DNA from: an uncultured virus (IMG/VR IMGVR_UViG_3300049982_000266)
Lineage: Duplodnaviria; Heunggongvirae; Uroviricota; Caudoviricetes
Reading direction: 5' to 3' (one strand)
DNA: 64,000 nt
Virus record (IMG/VR): IMGVR_UViG_3300049982_000266
This document shows, piece by piece, positions 21,122 through 31,717 of this stretch (positions within the stretch are counted from its first letter, which is position 1; every line of letters begins with the position of its first letter). The translations under genes were made by a program, and so were the position numbers. Below the pieces are notes generated by a model, which had not been told where the DNA came from, did no database searches, and saw nothing but the letters and a program-made list of their open reading frames with translations.

Positions 21122-21658
21122 CTACCCACGGCGGGCTCCCGGTCCAGGGGCGGGGGCGGCAGGCTCGGACGGCGCGGCGGGGTCGGGCTCCACGGGGGTG
21201 CCGATGACGCCGTGCATGGCGCGGCGGATGACAGCGGCCTCCTCGGTCTCGATCCCGTAGTGCGACAGGCACAGGTCGCAGACGTGGCCGAGGGCGCCGC
21301 GCTCGGCCAGCGACAGGGGCAGGCGGCAGCACTGGCACGGGTACAGGTAGCCGAGCAGCCGGGCGCCTTCGGGCAGGTCGGGGGCGGGCGGCGCGGGCTG
21401 GCCGACGGAGCGCACGAAGGGCTCCCCGCAGGCGCAGCGGACGGTCCCGTCGTCGTCGAGCCACTTGGCGGGGGTGTCCCCGTGCCCGCAGGCGGCGCAG
21501 CCGACCCCGGCGGGCAGCGTCTCGGGGGTGGGGCGCTTGACGGTCTTGCCCCCCTCGGGCTTGCGCACGGCGTTGAGGTGGCTGTGCGGGGCTCGGGTGC
21601 AGTCGGGGGAGGCGCAGATGGCGGGCATGGCTAGATCATCCCTCACCACGAGGGTCAT
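21122..21658 (-). CDS. Zn-finger hypothetical protein
   Basis: Multiple CxxC motifs. Confidence 0.55.
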   Translation of the reverse strand: MTLVVRDDLAMPAICASPDCTRAPHSHLNAVRKPEGGKTVKRPTPETLPAGVGCAACGHGDTPAKWLDDDGTVRCACGEPFVRSVGQPAPPAPDLPEGARLLGYLYPCQCCRLPLSLAERGALGHVCDLCLSHYGIETEEAAVIRRAMHGVIGTPVEPDPAAPSEPAAPAPGPGARRG

Positions 21659-23267
21659 GCGCCCATCTGGAGTGAGACAGGGAAGCGGGAGCGGCGCCGG
21701 GGCGGATCATGCTGCCGGGCAGGCGCCCCTCCTCCCACGCTCGGTCGAGGGCGGCCTGGCACGCCTCGGTCAGCGGGTCCGGGATCGTCGCGCTGTAGTC
21801 GGGGCTGGCGGCCATGCGGGCGATCCACTCCATCGCGTCCCTCAGCGTCGGCTCAGCAGTCACAGTCGCCCGGCGGGTAGATGCGGGCGGCCAGGCGGCG
21901 GCGCGCCTCCCAGTACGCCGTGAGCAGCCCCGTGCGCAGCCTGCGGCGCAGCGGGTAGCGGCGCAGCGTCGGCGGCGTGTAGCCGGGCACCGGGATCCCG
22001 TTGTCGACGAGCACCTGCGGGTGCACCGACATGACGTGCGCGATGGTGCGGATCTCGGCGGCCGGGTCGTGCTGCCACTCCCCGGCGGGCTTGCGGTTGG
22101 CGAACAACGGGGCCAGCGGCTCCTCGACCAGTGCGCGGCCGAACACGTCGTCGTTCGGGCAGCCCCACGCGTGGTAGGGCTGGCCGCCCGGCCAGGTGCC
22201 GACGCACGTCGGCTCGCAGCCCTCAGCGAACGCAGACATGCTTCGTCCCCTTCCAGCGGCCGACCTTGACGACCTTGCGGCAGCGGCGGCCGACCTGCGT
22301 CGGCACTCCGGGCTTCAGGGGCTCAGGCACGGCGGATCCTCCAGAGACGGCGCATGATGGCGCGGCGGGCGGCCTCGGCGGAACGGCGGGCGCGCTCGTG
22401 CTGCTCCCACTCGATCGTCGCAGCCTCGTAGAAGTCGGCGCGGGTCAGCGGCGTGCCAGGCTCGCGGCCGAGCACCCGGTTCGCGTGGTCGTGCGCCTGC
22501 GGGCTCAGGACGATCATCGGCGGCTCCATCACCGGCGGCGCCTTCATCCGCGCGACGGCGGCCTCGATCACCCCCGGCTTCAGCATGTCGCTCTCGTGCC
22601 AGCCCGCGCTCACCCTCTCCGTCGCCGCCCGGAAGATCTCCAGCCCTCGGTCAGCCACCGTGCACCCCACAGGGGGCGGTGCGCTGGCAGACCGTGATCG
22701 TGTCGCCCTCGACGGAGGTGTTGCCGCAGCGGCGACGCTCCCACGGCGGACGGGTCTCCTCGGCCCGGAAAGCGCGCTGAGCGGCCTCGCGCACCGGCTC
22801 GGCCGTCCGGCGGGCGGCGTTGATGAGGTCGGCCAGCCCCCGCCCGTCGGTGAAGCGGATGCGCACCGACAGGGCGGCGTTCGCCTCGCGCTGCGCCTCG
22901 TCGGCAACGGCCTGCCACGCGTTCGCCTGGCGCTGCTCAGCCTCGCGGTAGCGAGCCTGCGCCTCCGGGTAGGGGTCGCCGTCCCACCGGGGCCAGATGC
23001 ACGCGAGGGAGTGCTCGTACGCCTGCTCCGGGGTCCTCACTGGTGGCCGTCCTTCCAGGTGTCCAGCGAGCCGACGACGGCCTCGGCAAGCGCGTCGCGG
23101 TCGTTGACGATGCGCTCGCGACGCACCTGGCGGCGGCGGGTATCCAGGTGCATCGCCAGGCACAGCAACCACAGCACCACGGGCACGAGGTCGGTGCCCT
23201 GCGTCCACGGGTAGCCGAGCAGGAACAGGGGCGAGCGCGGCGATGAGCAGGGTGGGGACGAGGTGTC

Positions 23268-23465
23268 TCACGTCGTCCCCCGGTACATCGCGACGCCGAG
23301 CCCGAAGAGCACGATGCCGGTGAAGCCGCACACGGCCATCGCTCGCACGATGATCTCGTCGGAGATCCGCGTATCGGGCAGCCGGTGCTCGAAGGCGGCG
23401 GCCAGGGCGTAGATCACCACGGCCATCGCCATGAGCAGCAGCCCGAGGCTCGCCACGACGTTCAC
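23268..23465 (-). CDS. small two-TM membrane protein
   Basis: Two hydrophobic helices. Confidence 0.6.
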   Translation of the reverse strand: MNVVASLGLLLMAMAVVIYALAAAFEHRLPDTRISDEIIVRAMAVCGFTGIVLFGLGVAMYRGTT

Positions 23466-23772
23466 GCCGAGCCCTGCCCGTACGGCGGCGGCAGGGGCGG
23501 CAGCGGGCGACCGGCGAGGTCGACGCGGACCATGTCCAGGTCGGGCTCACCCCACGTGTCGCGCTCGGACTGCTCCAGGACGGCCTCGGTCTCCTCGATC
23601 CGGGTCGTCGTGACGAGGTCGGCGATCGCCTGGCGAGCGCGGGCCGAGACGTAGTGCGGTGCGTGCCAGCGGGTCACCGGCCGGTCACAGTTGCCGCAGA
23701 AGCGGCTCCACAGCAGCGTGTAGACGGCGGCCGGGAGGCGATCGCCGACGGCGTCGTGCAGTCGCTCGGTGC

Positions 23773-24456
23773 TCAACGGGTGCCCTCCTCCGGGGTCATC
23801 GGGGCGACGTCCCACTGGAGCGCTTCGTGCGGCGCAGGGGTGCCGTCGGCGTAGCAGTTCGCGTTCACGGGCTTCTCCGGACTGTGGGAGTAGACGCCGC
23901 CGTCGTCCAGGCTGCTGATCGCGGCCATCTCCATGATCGAGTCGAGGTCATGCCCCTGCTCCCGCAGGGACCGGTGCCGCGCGGCGAACAAGCCTCGGGC
24001 GTAGCCGACGGACGCCTCCAGGGTGGCACCCGCGTCCCGCAGGACGCTGCCGCCCAGCGGCGAGTGCACGAGCGCCCCCCGGAAGAGGCTGTCGTTCTCG
24101 ACGTAGGACGCGAGCGTCTGGCGAGCACCGTGCACGGCGACGAAGGCGTCCACGACCTCGACGAGCATGTGGAAGTCGCGACGGGCAGCCCTGTACGCCT
24201 CGCGCTCCTGCGCGTCGGGCACGCTGCGTCGCACGGTCAGCGGCACCTCGGGCTTGACGACGATCTCCTCGCCGCTCTTGCCGCCCTTCGGGCCGCGCAG
24301 CGACCACACAGAGCAGCCCTTGTCCTTCCCGCGCTGCACGGGGCGCTCGTACCTGGAGAGCACGACGGTGCGGCCGTCCGGGAGGTCGACGATGTCACCG
24401 GGCAGGAGCCGGTTGCCCGCGAAGCCGGGCGCGAAGCGCAGGGTCACCTCGATCAT
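23773..24456 (-). CDS. hypothetical protein
   Basis: From MIEVTLRFAPG; ATGA coupling. Confidence 0.6.
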   Translation of the reverse strand: MIEVTLRFAPGFAGNRLLPGDIVDLPDGRTVVLSRYERPVQRGKDKGCSVWSLRGPKGGKSGEEIVVKPEVPLTVRRSVPDAQEREAYRAARRDFHMLVEVVDAFVAVHGARQTLASYVENDSLFRGALVHSPLGGSVLRDAGATLEASVGYARGLFAARHRSLREQGHDLDSIMEMAAISSLDDGGVYSHSPEKPVNANCYADGTPAPHEALQWDVAPMTPEEGTR

Positions 24457-24755
24457 GCGTTGCCGCCGGTGACGTCGGCCTTGTCGCCGTACTGGACGGT
24501 CAGGAACGCGAGGTCGCCGCTGAGGTTGTGGCCGCCCACCTCGAAGACCGGGTGGCCGCCCTGGCGGCCGACATAGGTCGCGATGAGCGTGCGGTCGAGG
24601 CTGTCGGTGATCTCGCCGCCGTCGACCACGGTCGCGCGGTAGACGTCGCCGGACATGCGCGGACCCTGCCCGGTGAGGCGGACGATCTCGACGGTCGGCG
24701 CGCTCACGCCTTCGTACGCCTGGACGGTTCGGGCGGGGGTGGCGGTGGTGGTCAC
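24453..24755 (-). CDS. hypothetical protein
   Basis: GTG after repeat module RBS. Confidence 0.6.
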   Translation of the reverse strand: MTTTATPARTVQAYEGVSAPTVEIVRLTGQGPRMSGDVYRATVVDGGEITDSLDRTLIATYVGRQGGHPVFEVGGHNLSGDLAFLTVQYGDKADVTGGNA

Positions 24756-24833
24756 TGAAGGGGCTCCTGGTGCTCGGTGGGACTCGCTCGGTCCCGATGA
24801 CAGAACAGTAGCACACCCGTACACCGGCTTCAC
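24756..24833 (-). promoter_or_regulatory. Repeat module with leader hairpin
   Basis: TGAAGCCGGTGTACGGGTGTGCTACTGT ... GGGAC-CGAGCGA-GTCCC (24779-24795) ... CCAGGAG. Confidence 0.8.
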
Positions 24834-25348
24834 TGCGGCGAGCCCTGGATGCGGGCGACGTAGGCGACGAGCAGCCCGCGAGCCGACTCGACGTCGTCCT
24901 TGTCGAGCATGTCGAGCGCCCGGACGATGACGTCGAGGTTCGCGGTGCCGTCCAGGGTCGTCAGCCCGTACTCGCGCAGCAGGAAGCGGCACTCCTCCAG
25001 CCGAGCGATCACGCTCTGGCGGAAGCGCAGCCGCCCGGCGTTGCGGCGCTCGAACTCGGCCTTCTCCGTCAGGTACTCCGGGCTCGGCCTGCCGGACCCG
25101 ACGGCGTCGTCCTTCGCGAGCGCCGACAGGCGGCTCTTCGCGTCGCCCTGGCGGGCCTCGACGTCCGCCCGCACGACGCTGAGCGCGCGGAACCACGGCA
25201 CGAGGTTCGTGGGCCGCCTCAGCGTCATGCGCTCGTGCGCCGTCGCGTGCCCGGTCACGTCACGCCGGGTCACGTCGAGCAGGTCGGCCCAGCGGTCCGG
25301 GTCGCGGAAGGGGTGCGGCTCGGGCATCGGGTACAGGTCGGCGCTCAC
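24830..25348 (-). CDS. hypothetical helical protein
   Basis: 172-aa ORF coupled to the large upstream gene. Confidence 0.65.
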   Translation of the reverse strand: MSADLYPMPEPHPFRDPDRWADLLDVTRRDVTGHATAHERMTLRRPTNLVPWFRALSVVRADVEARQGDAKSRLSALAKDDAVGSGRPSPEYLTEKAEFERRNAGRLRFRQSVIARLEECRFLLREYGLTTLDGTANLDVIVRALDMLDKDDVESARGLLVAYVARIQGSPQ

Positions 25349-28317
25349 CGGATCACCTCGCCGGTGATGATGGGCGCCTCGGCGGTGACGCCGTAGACCT
25401 CCTCGCCGTCGGCGGTGACGATCGTGACGGCGGGCTCCGGCTCCTCGACCGGCTCAGGCTCGGGCTCCTCGGCGGGCTCGGGCTCAGGCGCCCGGACGTA
25501 GAGCCGGACGTCCGCCAACTCGGCCGGGAGGGTCAGGGTGTGCTCGCTCATGGAGTGCGCGTGCAAGCGGCCCTTCGGGTCGCCGATGAGCCGGGCGTGG
25601 TCAGCCACCACGTCGGACAGCGGGCGCGCGGTGACCTCGACGCCGCGCTCCAGCAGGCGGCCGAAGACGTGCACCCAGTTCCAGTCGTCGACAGGGCTGC
25701 TCGGCTGCTTCAGCGTCTTCAGGTGGCCCTCCCACAGTTCGGGGTCACCGAAGTCGTCGTCGAAGCGGGCGCGCTGCTCGGCGGTCCACTGGTCCCACCA
25801 CGCCTGGTGCATCGCCTGCGCGACGTCGCTGGCGAACTCGCGCAGCCGGTAGTGGTCGGCGTTGAGCGCGGCGCGGGCGGCGCGGGCGGCGTTCGCCAGG
25901 TGCAGCGCGCGGTCGTCGACCTCGACGACGTGCTCGTAGCGGGCGCGCCAGGGGGTGTCGTTCGCCTCGCCGAAGGCAGCCTTCTCCGACAGGCTCCAGG
26001 TCGTCTCCGTGCTGTACGGCTCGCGCGTCTCGATCGCGGCGTCGGCCCACTCGACGTAGCGGTTCTGCTCGCGGCTCCAGCGCTGCTGGTACGCCTCGCG
26101 GCGGGTGAGCGGGACGCCGCCCACGGGCTCGCTGTAGGGCAGCGCGGGCGCCTCGGCGGGCATGGTGAGGTCGACGCCGTAGGCGACGGCGCCGACGCTG
26201 CCGCCCCCGTAGTCGCTGCTCGTGAGCACGACGCCGACGACGGTCGCGCCGGTCGCGGCGACGGCGGCCTTCGCGGCGACGACGAGCGCGTCGATCTGCT
26301 CGTCGGTCTGGAAGTCGCCGGGCTTCGAGCGGCGGTCCCAGCGCTCCCACTGCTCGCCGACGCTGTAGAGCAGGCGCCAGCGGGCGACGTCGTTCGGCAG
26401 GGTCGTCCAGGTCTCGCTCTTCACGAGCGCGGTGCCCTTGTAGTCGTGCCGGTCGACGAAGACGTCGTGGCGGATCTTGCCGGAGAGGCTGTCTCCGCCG
26501 GAGATGACGAAGCGGTCGCCCGGCTGCGGCGCGGTGCCGTAGCGGCGGGCGGTCGGCTCGAAGACGACGTACGTGCCGTCCAGGCGCCGCAGCACGGCCA
26601 GCGCGCGCGGGTGCATGAGCCGGAGCCCGGCGACGGCCTTGTCCTCCTCGCCGGAGCGGTCGGCCTTCGCGCGACGCTTCGCCTCGGCGACGATCTTGCG
26701 GGTCGCCTTCGCCTCGTGCTCGGGGTCACCGGCCAGCGGACGGTGCCACTTGTTGCCGATCTTGAACCACAGCACGAGGTCGTCGAGGTCGGCCTGCGCC
26801 TGCTCCTCGTCGAGCCCGGTCTCCCGGACGATCGCCGAGAGCAGCGCCTCGCGGAAGGGCGCCTCGGCCTCGGCCTCCTCCTGCTTCAGCGCGATCGCGG
26901 CCTTCAGCAGCGGGAACATGGTCGCGTAGTTGTGGCGCTCGGAGCGGTCGTCGAGGTACGCCTGCATCTCCTCGGCGGTCACGAGGTCGAAGGGCAGCAC
27001 GAAGTCGTCGCCCACCTCGATCCGGCAGGACGCCTTCGTCTTCGGCGGCCCCCAGCCGATGTGGTGGCCGTAGCGGTCGTACTGCGCGACCTCGTCGCGG
27101 AGGCGGTCGTAGGCGAAGTAGAACGAGCCGCGCTCGACGCGCTTGATGGTGTGCAGCACGCGGCTCGACGGCGCGCAGGCGTTGGCCGGGTGCACGCGGC
27201 GGCCGTAGCCGTCGTTGTCGCCGGTCACGCCGGACTGGTAGCCGAACGAGCCGATGATCCGCATGCCCGGCAGCAGGCGCCCCATGAGGCGGCGCTGCCA
27301 GTCGCGGAAGGGCTCGCGGCCGGTGCCGAGGTTGTTCTCGGCGTCGGCCAGCATGACGACGTGGCCGTCGTTGTAGGCGGCGTTGCTCAGCAGCGAGAGC
27401 GGGCTGGCGGGCAGCGGGTGGAAGACCGTCGTGCGGTCGACGAGCCCCTGGAGCACCATCGCGACGCGCATGAAGTGGCGCTGCCGGTCACCGGCGTTCT
27501 CCTCGGCGCGCAGCCACTCCGACGAGCCCGGCAGCATGTCCTCGTAGGAGACCTCGTGCGTCGTCCAGTCGCGCACCTCGCGGCGGAAGAACGCGGTGAA
27601 CTCGTCGCGCTTCGGGACGAGCACGTCGTCGACCTGGAAGTCGACGGTGAGCCGGTAGGCGAGGTCGCCGTTGCGCACGACGAAGTGCGTCAGCGTGTCC
27701 GGGTCGGCCCCGGCGCCGTTCCACGGCTGGTCCCACCGGCGCTTCTCGCGGCGGGGCTTGACGGCCACGATGCCGCGCTGCTCAGGGAGGATCTGCGCCA
27801 GATGCGCGGGGTCCTTCAGCCACTCGTCGAAGAGGTGGACGTGCCGGTAGTCGATCCCGCCCTCCTCGGCAGCGATCGCGGTCTCCTCGTCCATGAAGAG
27901 CACGCGCTGGCGGACGGTGATCGGCGTCTCGCGAGGGGCAGGCTCGCCCTCGGTCGGGTCGACGATCGGCACGATCTCCTCGTCGCGGCCGAGGTAGAGG
28001 TTGACGGTCCAGATGCCCTCCTCCATGCGCCGCACCTGCTCCTGGAGCGGGTCGACCAACTCGCGCAGCGCGCGCTCCTGCGCCTCCAGGGCGCCCTTCA
28101 TGCGCTCGCTGGCGGTCCGCAACTCCTGTGACTTGCGGAGCATGAGCGAGCGCTGCTGCGCCAGGGCGGCCTTGACGGCGATCGCGTCGCCGGTGCTGAC
28201 AGGCACGAGCGCCCCGGTGCTGTCGCTCTGCTGTGCGGCGAGGTCGGCGACCTCGGCCTGGATGCGCGCCAGGTCGGCGGCGGCAGCGGTGATCTCTGCG
28301 GTGTGGTCGGTGGTCAC
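25345..28317 (-). CDS. large (~990 aa) phage protein with N-terminal coiled coil, function unknown
   Basis: Protein-like from VTTDHTAEIT; VNLYLG..EEI...RQRVLFMDEE...FDEWL...ILPEQRGIVA. Confidence 0.8.
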   Translation of the reverse strand: MTTDHTAEITAAAADLARIQAEVADLAAQQSDSTGALVPVSTGDAIAVKAALAQQRSLMLRKSQELRTASERMKGALEAQERALRELVDPLQEQVRRMEEGIWTVNLYLGRDEEIVPIVDPTEGEPAPRETPITVRQRVLFMDEETAIAAEEGGIDYRHVHLFDEWLKDPAHLAQILPEQRGIVAVKPRREKRRWDQPWNGAGADPDTLTHFVVRNGDLAYRLTVDFQVDDVLVPKRDEFTAFFRREVRDWTTHEVSYEDMLPGSSEWLRAEENAGDRQRHFMRVAMVLQGLVDRTTVFHPLPASPLSLLSNAAYNDGHVVMLADAENNLGTGREPFRDWQRRLMGRLLPGMRIIGSFGYQSGVTGDNDGYGRRVHPANACAPSSRVLHTIKRVERGSFYFAYDRLRDEVAQYDRYGHHIGWGPPKTKASCRIEVGDDFVLPFDLVTAEEMQAYLDDRSERHNYATMFPLLKAAIALKQEEAEAEAPFREALLSAIVRETGLDEEQAQADLDDLVLWFKIGNKWHRPLAGDPEHEAKATRKIVAEAKRRAKADRSGEEDKAVAGLRLMHPRALAVLRRLDGTYVVFEPTARRYGTAPQPGDRFVISGGDSLSGKIRHDVFVDRHDYKGTALVKSETWTTLPNDVARWRLLYSVGEQWERWDRRSKPGDFQTDEQIDALVVAAKAAVAATGATVVGVVLTSSDYGGGSVGAVAYGVDLTMPAEAPALPYSEPVGGVPLTRREAYQQRWSREQNRYVEWADAAIETREPYSTETTWSLSEKAAFGEANDTPWRARYEHVVEVDDRALHLANAARAARAALNADHYRLREFASDVAQAMHQAWWDQWTAEQRARFDDDFGDPELWEGHLKTLKQPSSPVDDWNWVHVFGRLLERGVEVTARPLSDVVADHARLIGDPKGRLHAHSMSEHTLTLPAELADVRLYVRAPEPEPAEEPEPEPVEEPEPAVTIVTADGEEVYGVTAEAPIITGEVIR

Positions 28318-28379
28318 GGGATGCCTCTCGGGGGTGGTGGGAGCCGGGGCCGCCCACGAAGGCGGCCCCGGCCGGGGGT

Positions 28380-28751
28380 CTAGCGGGCGGCGAGCGCGGC
28401 AGCGGCCTCGACACGGGTCTGCTCGGCGACGGCGGCGCGGTACGCCTTCATCTCGTCCTGGTAGCGGGCGTTCTCGGCGACCAGGGCGGCGGCGCAGGCG
28501 TCGTCGTAGACCTTGCTCGCGCGCTTCTGCGCGGCCGAGATGTGCAGCCCGACGGAGCGGCCGGGGAAGCGCTTGCCGGTCACGGTGTAGCCGCAGGTGC
28601 AGGCGCGGGTCGAGCGGTAGGGGTTCGCCTCGAAGGTGCTGGCGGCGAAGTCGTGCCGGTGCTCGGCGATCGCGGCGCTGTACGCGTCGAGCGCAGGCTC
28701 GATGACGTCGTCGATGTCGCGGTGCTGCGGGGCGGCGATGGTGGCGGTCAT
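28380..28751 (-). CDS. hypothetical protein
   Basis: 123-aa ORF after repeat module. Confidence 0.65.
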   Translation of the reverse strand: MTATIAAPQHRDIDDVIEPALDAYSAAIAEHRHDFAASTFEANPYRSTRACTCGYTVTGKRFPGRSVGLHISAAQKRASKVYDDACAAALVAENARYQDEMKAYRAAVAEQTRVEAAAALAAR

Positions 28752-28825
28752 GTCGGCTCCTGGAGGTTCGGGGCCGTTCGCCCGGCCCGATACGAGAACT
28801 GTAGCACAGCGTCCACGGGCTTAGC
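28752..28825 (-). promoter_or_regulatory. Repeat module with leader hairpin
   Basis: GCTAAGCCCGTGGACGCTGTGCTACAGT ... GGGCCG-GGCGAA-CGGCCC (28771-28788) ... CCAGGAG; TAA is the upstream stop. Confidence 0.8.
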
Positions 28826-29590
28826 CGTTGCGACGCGCGATCTCCTCGGCGAGCAGGTGGAAGGGCACGTGCTCCAGGCTCGGCCAGATGACCTGCTTGA
28901 CGATCCGCAGGTCGGTCCCGACCGGCAGCACGTGGTTGCACGGCGTCACCCGGACCTCGGTGAGCCCCTTGCCCGGCCGGATCTCCGAGGCGCCCTCCGG
29001 CACCGGCGCACCCGGCGGCACGACAACGTGAGCGTCGTGGCCGCCCGGCCCGGCGTAGGGGATCGTCGCGATGACGCCCTGCGAGACGTCGAAGCCGCGC
29101 ACGAAGGTCTCGCAGGTCGGGCAGCGCGCGGGCTCGATCCGGTCGACCTGCTCGACCGGCCGGACCGGCGGCACCGGCGGCGGGGTGTACGGCTGGTCGG
29201 CCAGCGGCGGCGGGGCGCTAGCCACGTCGGCCCCAGTCGACGCCGGAGCCGACCGGCAGCCCGGCGCTCTGGCGCTCCAGGCTGGTCGCGGCGTCGTCGG
29301 CGAGCCGGGCCAGGTCGCCCCGGCCAGCGCGGCGCAGGCGCTCAGCCTGCGCGCGCTCACGGGCGACGAGCGCGTCGTCGTCGAAGCGGATGGTGCCGGG
29401 GCGGATGGTCCCCACTAGGACTCCTCGGTGAGCAGGGGCAGGACGGAGGCGGACATGCCCTCGACGTGCGGGACGGCCATGCCGCCGAGCAGTGCGGCGG
29501 CGTGCACGCAGGGCTCCCACGCGGCGACGGCGCACAGGCAGACGCGGCGCAGGCGGGGTCGGGTGACCAGCGCGGCGGCCAGGCGGGCGG

Positions 29591-29914
29591 TCACCGCTGC
29601 GCCTGCGTGGCGGCAGCGGCGGCCTGAAGCAGTCGCTCGAAGGCAGCGAAGCGCACCTGCTCGGGGATGAGCGCGAGCGGCCGGTCCCGCTGGTCAGCAC
29701 CGGCCAGCGGGACCCCGGTGCTGCGGCGGCGCTGCGCGGTGATCTCGGTCGCGGTGACGGCAGCGCCGCTGTCGAAGTAGAAGACGACCTCGCGCACCTC
29801 GGCGTAGTCCGTCATGCCGCGACGGACCTCCTCGGCGGGCAGGCGGACGTCGTAGCGCTCCTCGGGCTTCAGCACGACGGAGATCTTCAGCCGGACGTCC
29901 TCCGCGGCGCTCAC
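29591..29914 (-). CDS. hypothetical protein
   Basis: 107-aa ORF. Confidence 0.6.
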   Translation of the reverse strand: MSAAEDVRLKISVVLKPEERYDVRLPAEEVRRGMTDYAEVREVVFYFDSGAAVTATEITAQRRRSTGVPLAGADQRDRPLALIPEQVRFAAFERLLQAAAAATQAQR

Positions 29915-30201
29915 AGCGCGATCCGGGCGTGCGTGACGCGGAAGGTGCCGGGGGTGGTCTCCAGGACGGAGAAGCCGTGCGAGCGCAGGGCGGCGGCGAC
30001 GTCGAGGGCGAGCAGGTCGCGCTCGACGTCGCTGTCGAGGTCGACGACGACGGTGACGCTGTCGCAGCCGGAGCGGACGCGGATGCCCTCGCGGTTGCGG
30101 GAGGTGCCGGAGGGCAGCGGGCGCAGCCCCTCGGAGGCGAGCGAGCGGCTGACGCTCGCGGCGCGGCTGCCGCTACGGCGGCGGTCGGCGGTCATGGTCA
30201 C
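29911..30201 (-). CDS. hypothetical protein
   Basis: Follows repeat module. Confidence 0.6.
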   Translation of the reverse strand: MTMTADRRRSGSRAASVSRSLASEGLRPLPSGTSRNREGIRVRSGCDSVTVVVDLDSDVERDLLALDVAAALRSHGFSVLETTPGTFRVTHARIAL

Positions 30202-30276
30202 GGTCTCTCCTGTGCTCGTGGGGTCGTTCGCCCGACCCGATGCGAGGACGGTAGCACACCCGTACACCGGCTTAGT
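30202..30276 (-). promoter_or_regulatory. Repeat module with leader hairpin
   Basis: ACTAAGCCGGTGTACGGGTGTGCTACCGT ... GGGTCG-GGCGAA-CGACCC (30221-30238) ... CAGGAG; TAA is the upstream stop. Confidence 0.8.
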
Positions 30277-31717
30277 CGATCCGGCGCTCCTGCGTGGCAC
30301 CGCAGTCGGTGCAGAAGCGACGGAGGGGCACGACGTCGCCATGCGAGCGGATCTCGCTCCAGGTGTGGTCGCACGAGATCTGGAAGGCGAGCCGCTGCTC
30401 CTCGGCGATCGCGCGGCGGTTCTCCTCGAAGATCGTGTCGCGCAGTTCGTCGGCGGCGATGAGTCCCGCCTCGTGCAGCCGCACCGGCTTCCACATCACC
30501 TCGGGGTGGTCCGGCGGGACGTCTACGTCGCCGAGGTGTTCGCCGCTGTCCGGATCGCGCACCTCGACCACGGGCCGGTGCGGCACGCCGTCGCGGATCT
30601 GGATGGTCTCGGGCTGCTGGCCGAAGAGGTCGTCGAGCAGGTCGTCGACCGCCTCGCCCTCGACCGACTCGATCACGGCTTCGGCGCCCTCCAGTGCGGC
30701 CGTCATCGCCAGCCGGGTCTTCTCCCCGAGGATGCCGTCGGCGGGCAGCCCGTGCTCGCGCTGCCACTGCTGCACGCGCTTCGTGTGCTCGGCCGACAGC
30801 GCGCGGGCCTCGTGCAGCCGCAGCAGCCCGGCGGCCACCTCGTCCCGGACGTGGTCGCCCTCGAAGCGTCCCGCCAGCCGCTCGCGCTCCATCTGCGCGC
30901 GCTGGCGCTCCTGGAGGTCCCAGCGGGCACCTCGACCCACGGCGCCCGCCGCGTTGCCGTAGACGCCGAGGTAGGCGTCGCGCTGCCGCTGCTGGTAGGC
31001 GTGCTGCCGCCGCTGCTCCTCGCGCTTGACCCGCTCCTGCCGCTCGACCTCGTCCTTCAGGGCGCCCGCGTCGGCCATGAGCGCCCGGTACGCGGCGTGG
31101 TCGTCGGCGGTCATCTCGACCTCGCCGGGCCGGTCGGTGCTCACGCAGCGGGCTTGCAGCCGCTCCATGTCCTCGACGACGGTCGCCAGTTGCGCGCGTG
31201 CGGTGCCGCGCAGCGGCGTGCGCACGAAGGGCTCGCGCTTGCCGCGCTTCGGCGCCGGGAGGCGGCCGTCGGCGTGCGCCTGGCGCTCCAGGCGCTCGGT
31301 CGCGGCCTTCTCGGCGGCGATCTCGGCGGCAGCAGCGGCGGTCTCCTCGATCACGGCGGCGGGGATGCCGACCGGCACGATCTCGTCGAGCACGGCGGCC
31401 AGCGCCGGGTCGGCGCGGCGGATCTCCTCGCGCGCCTCCTGCTGCTGCACCACGGTCGGCCAACGTTCGCCGAGCGGCATGAGCACCGACTCGCGCAGCG
31501 CGGCCCGCTTGCGCTTCGCGGCGCGCTCGGCCTCGGTCTGCTGGCGAGCCCCGTCGATCTGACTCATGGTCGGGAGCCCGATGAGGGCGAGGGCGAAGCC
31601 GAGCACGTAGATCTCGGCCGTGACGACGCCGACGGCGAGCGCGACGAGCCCACCAGTGAAGGCGAGCCCGTCGCGCGCGTCGAGCAGCAGACGGCTAGCG
31701 CTGCGTCGTGCCGTCAT
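30272..31717 (-). CDS. membrane-anchored coiled-coil protein with a peptidoglycan-binding-like motif
   Basis: N-terminal TM segment; TKRVQQWQREHGLPADGILGEKTRLAM. Confidence 0.65.
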   Translation of the reverse strand: MTARRSASRLLLDARDGLAFTGGLVALAVGVVTAEIYVLGFALALIGLPTMSQIDGARQQTEAERAAKRKRAALRESVLMPLGERWPTVVQQQEAREEIRRADPALAAVLDEIVPVGIPAAVIEETAAAAAEIAAEKAATERLERQAHADGRLPAPKRGKREPFVRTPLRGTARAQLATVVEDMERLQARCVSTDRPGEVEMTADDHAAYRALMADAGALKDEVERQERVKREEQRRQHAYQQRQRDAYLGVYGNAAGAVGRGARWDLQERQRAQMERERLAGRFEGDHVRDEVAAGLLRLHEARALSAEHTKRVQQWQREHGLPADGILGEKTRLAMTAALEGAEAVIESVEGEAVDDLLDDLFGQQPETIQIRDGVPHRPVVEVRDPDSGEHLGDVDVPPDHPEVMWKPVRLHEAGLIAADELRDTIFEENRRAIAEEQRLAFQISCDHTWSEIRSHGDVVPLRRFCTDCGATQERRID

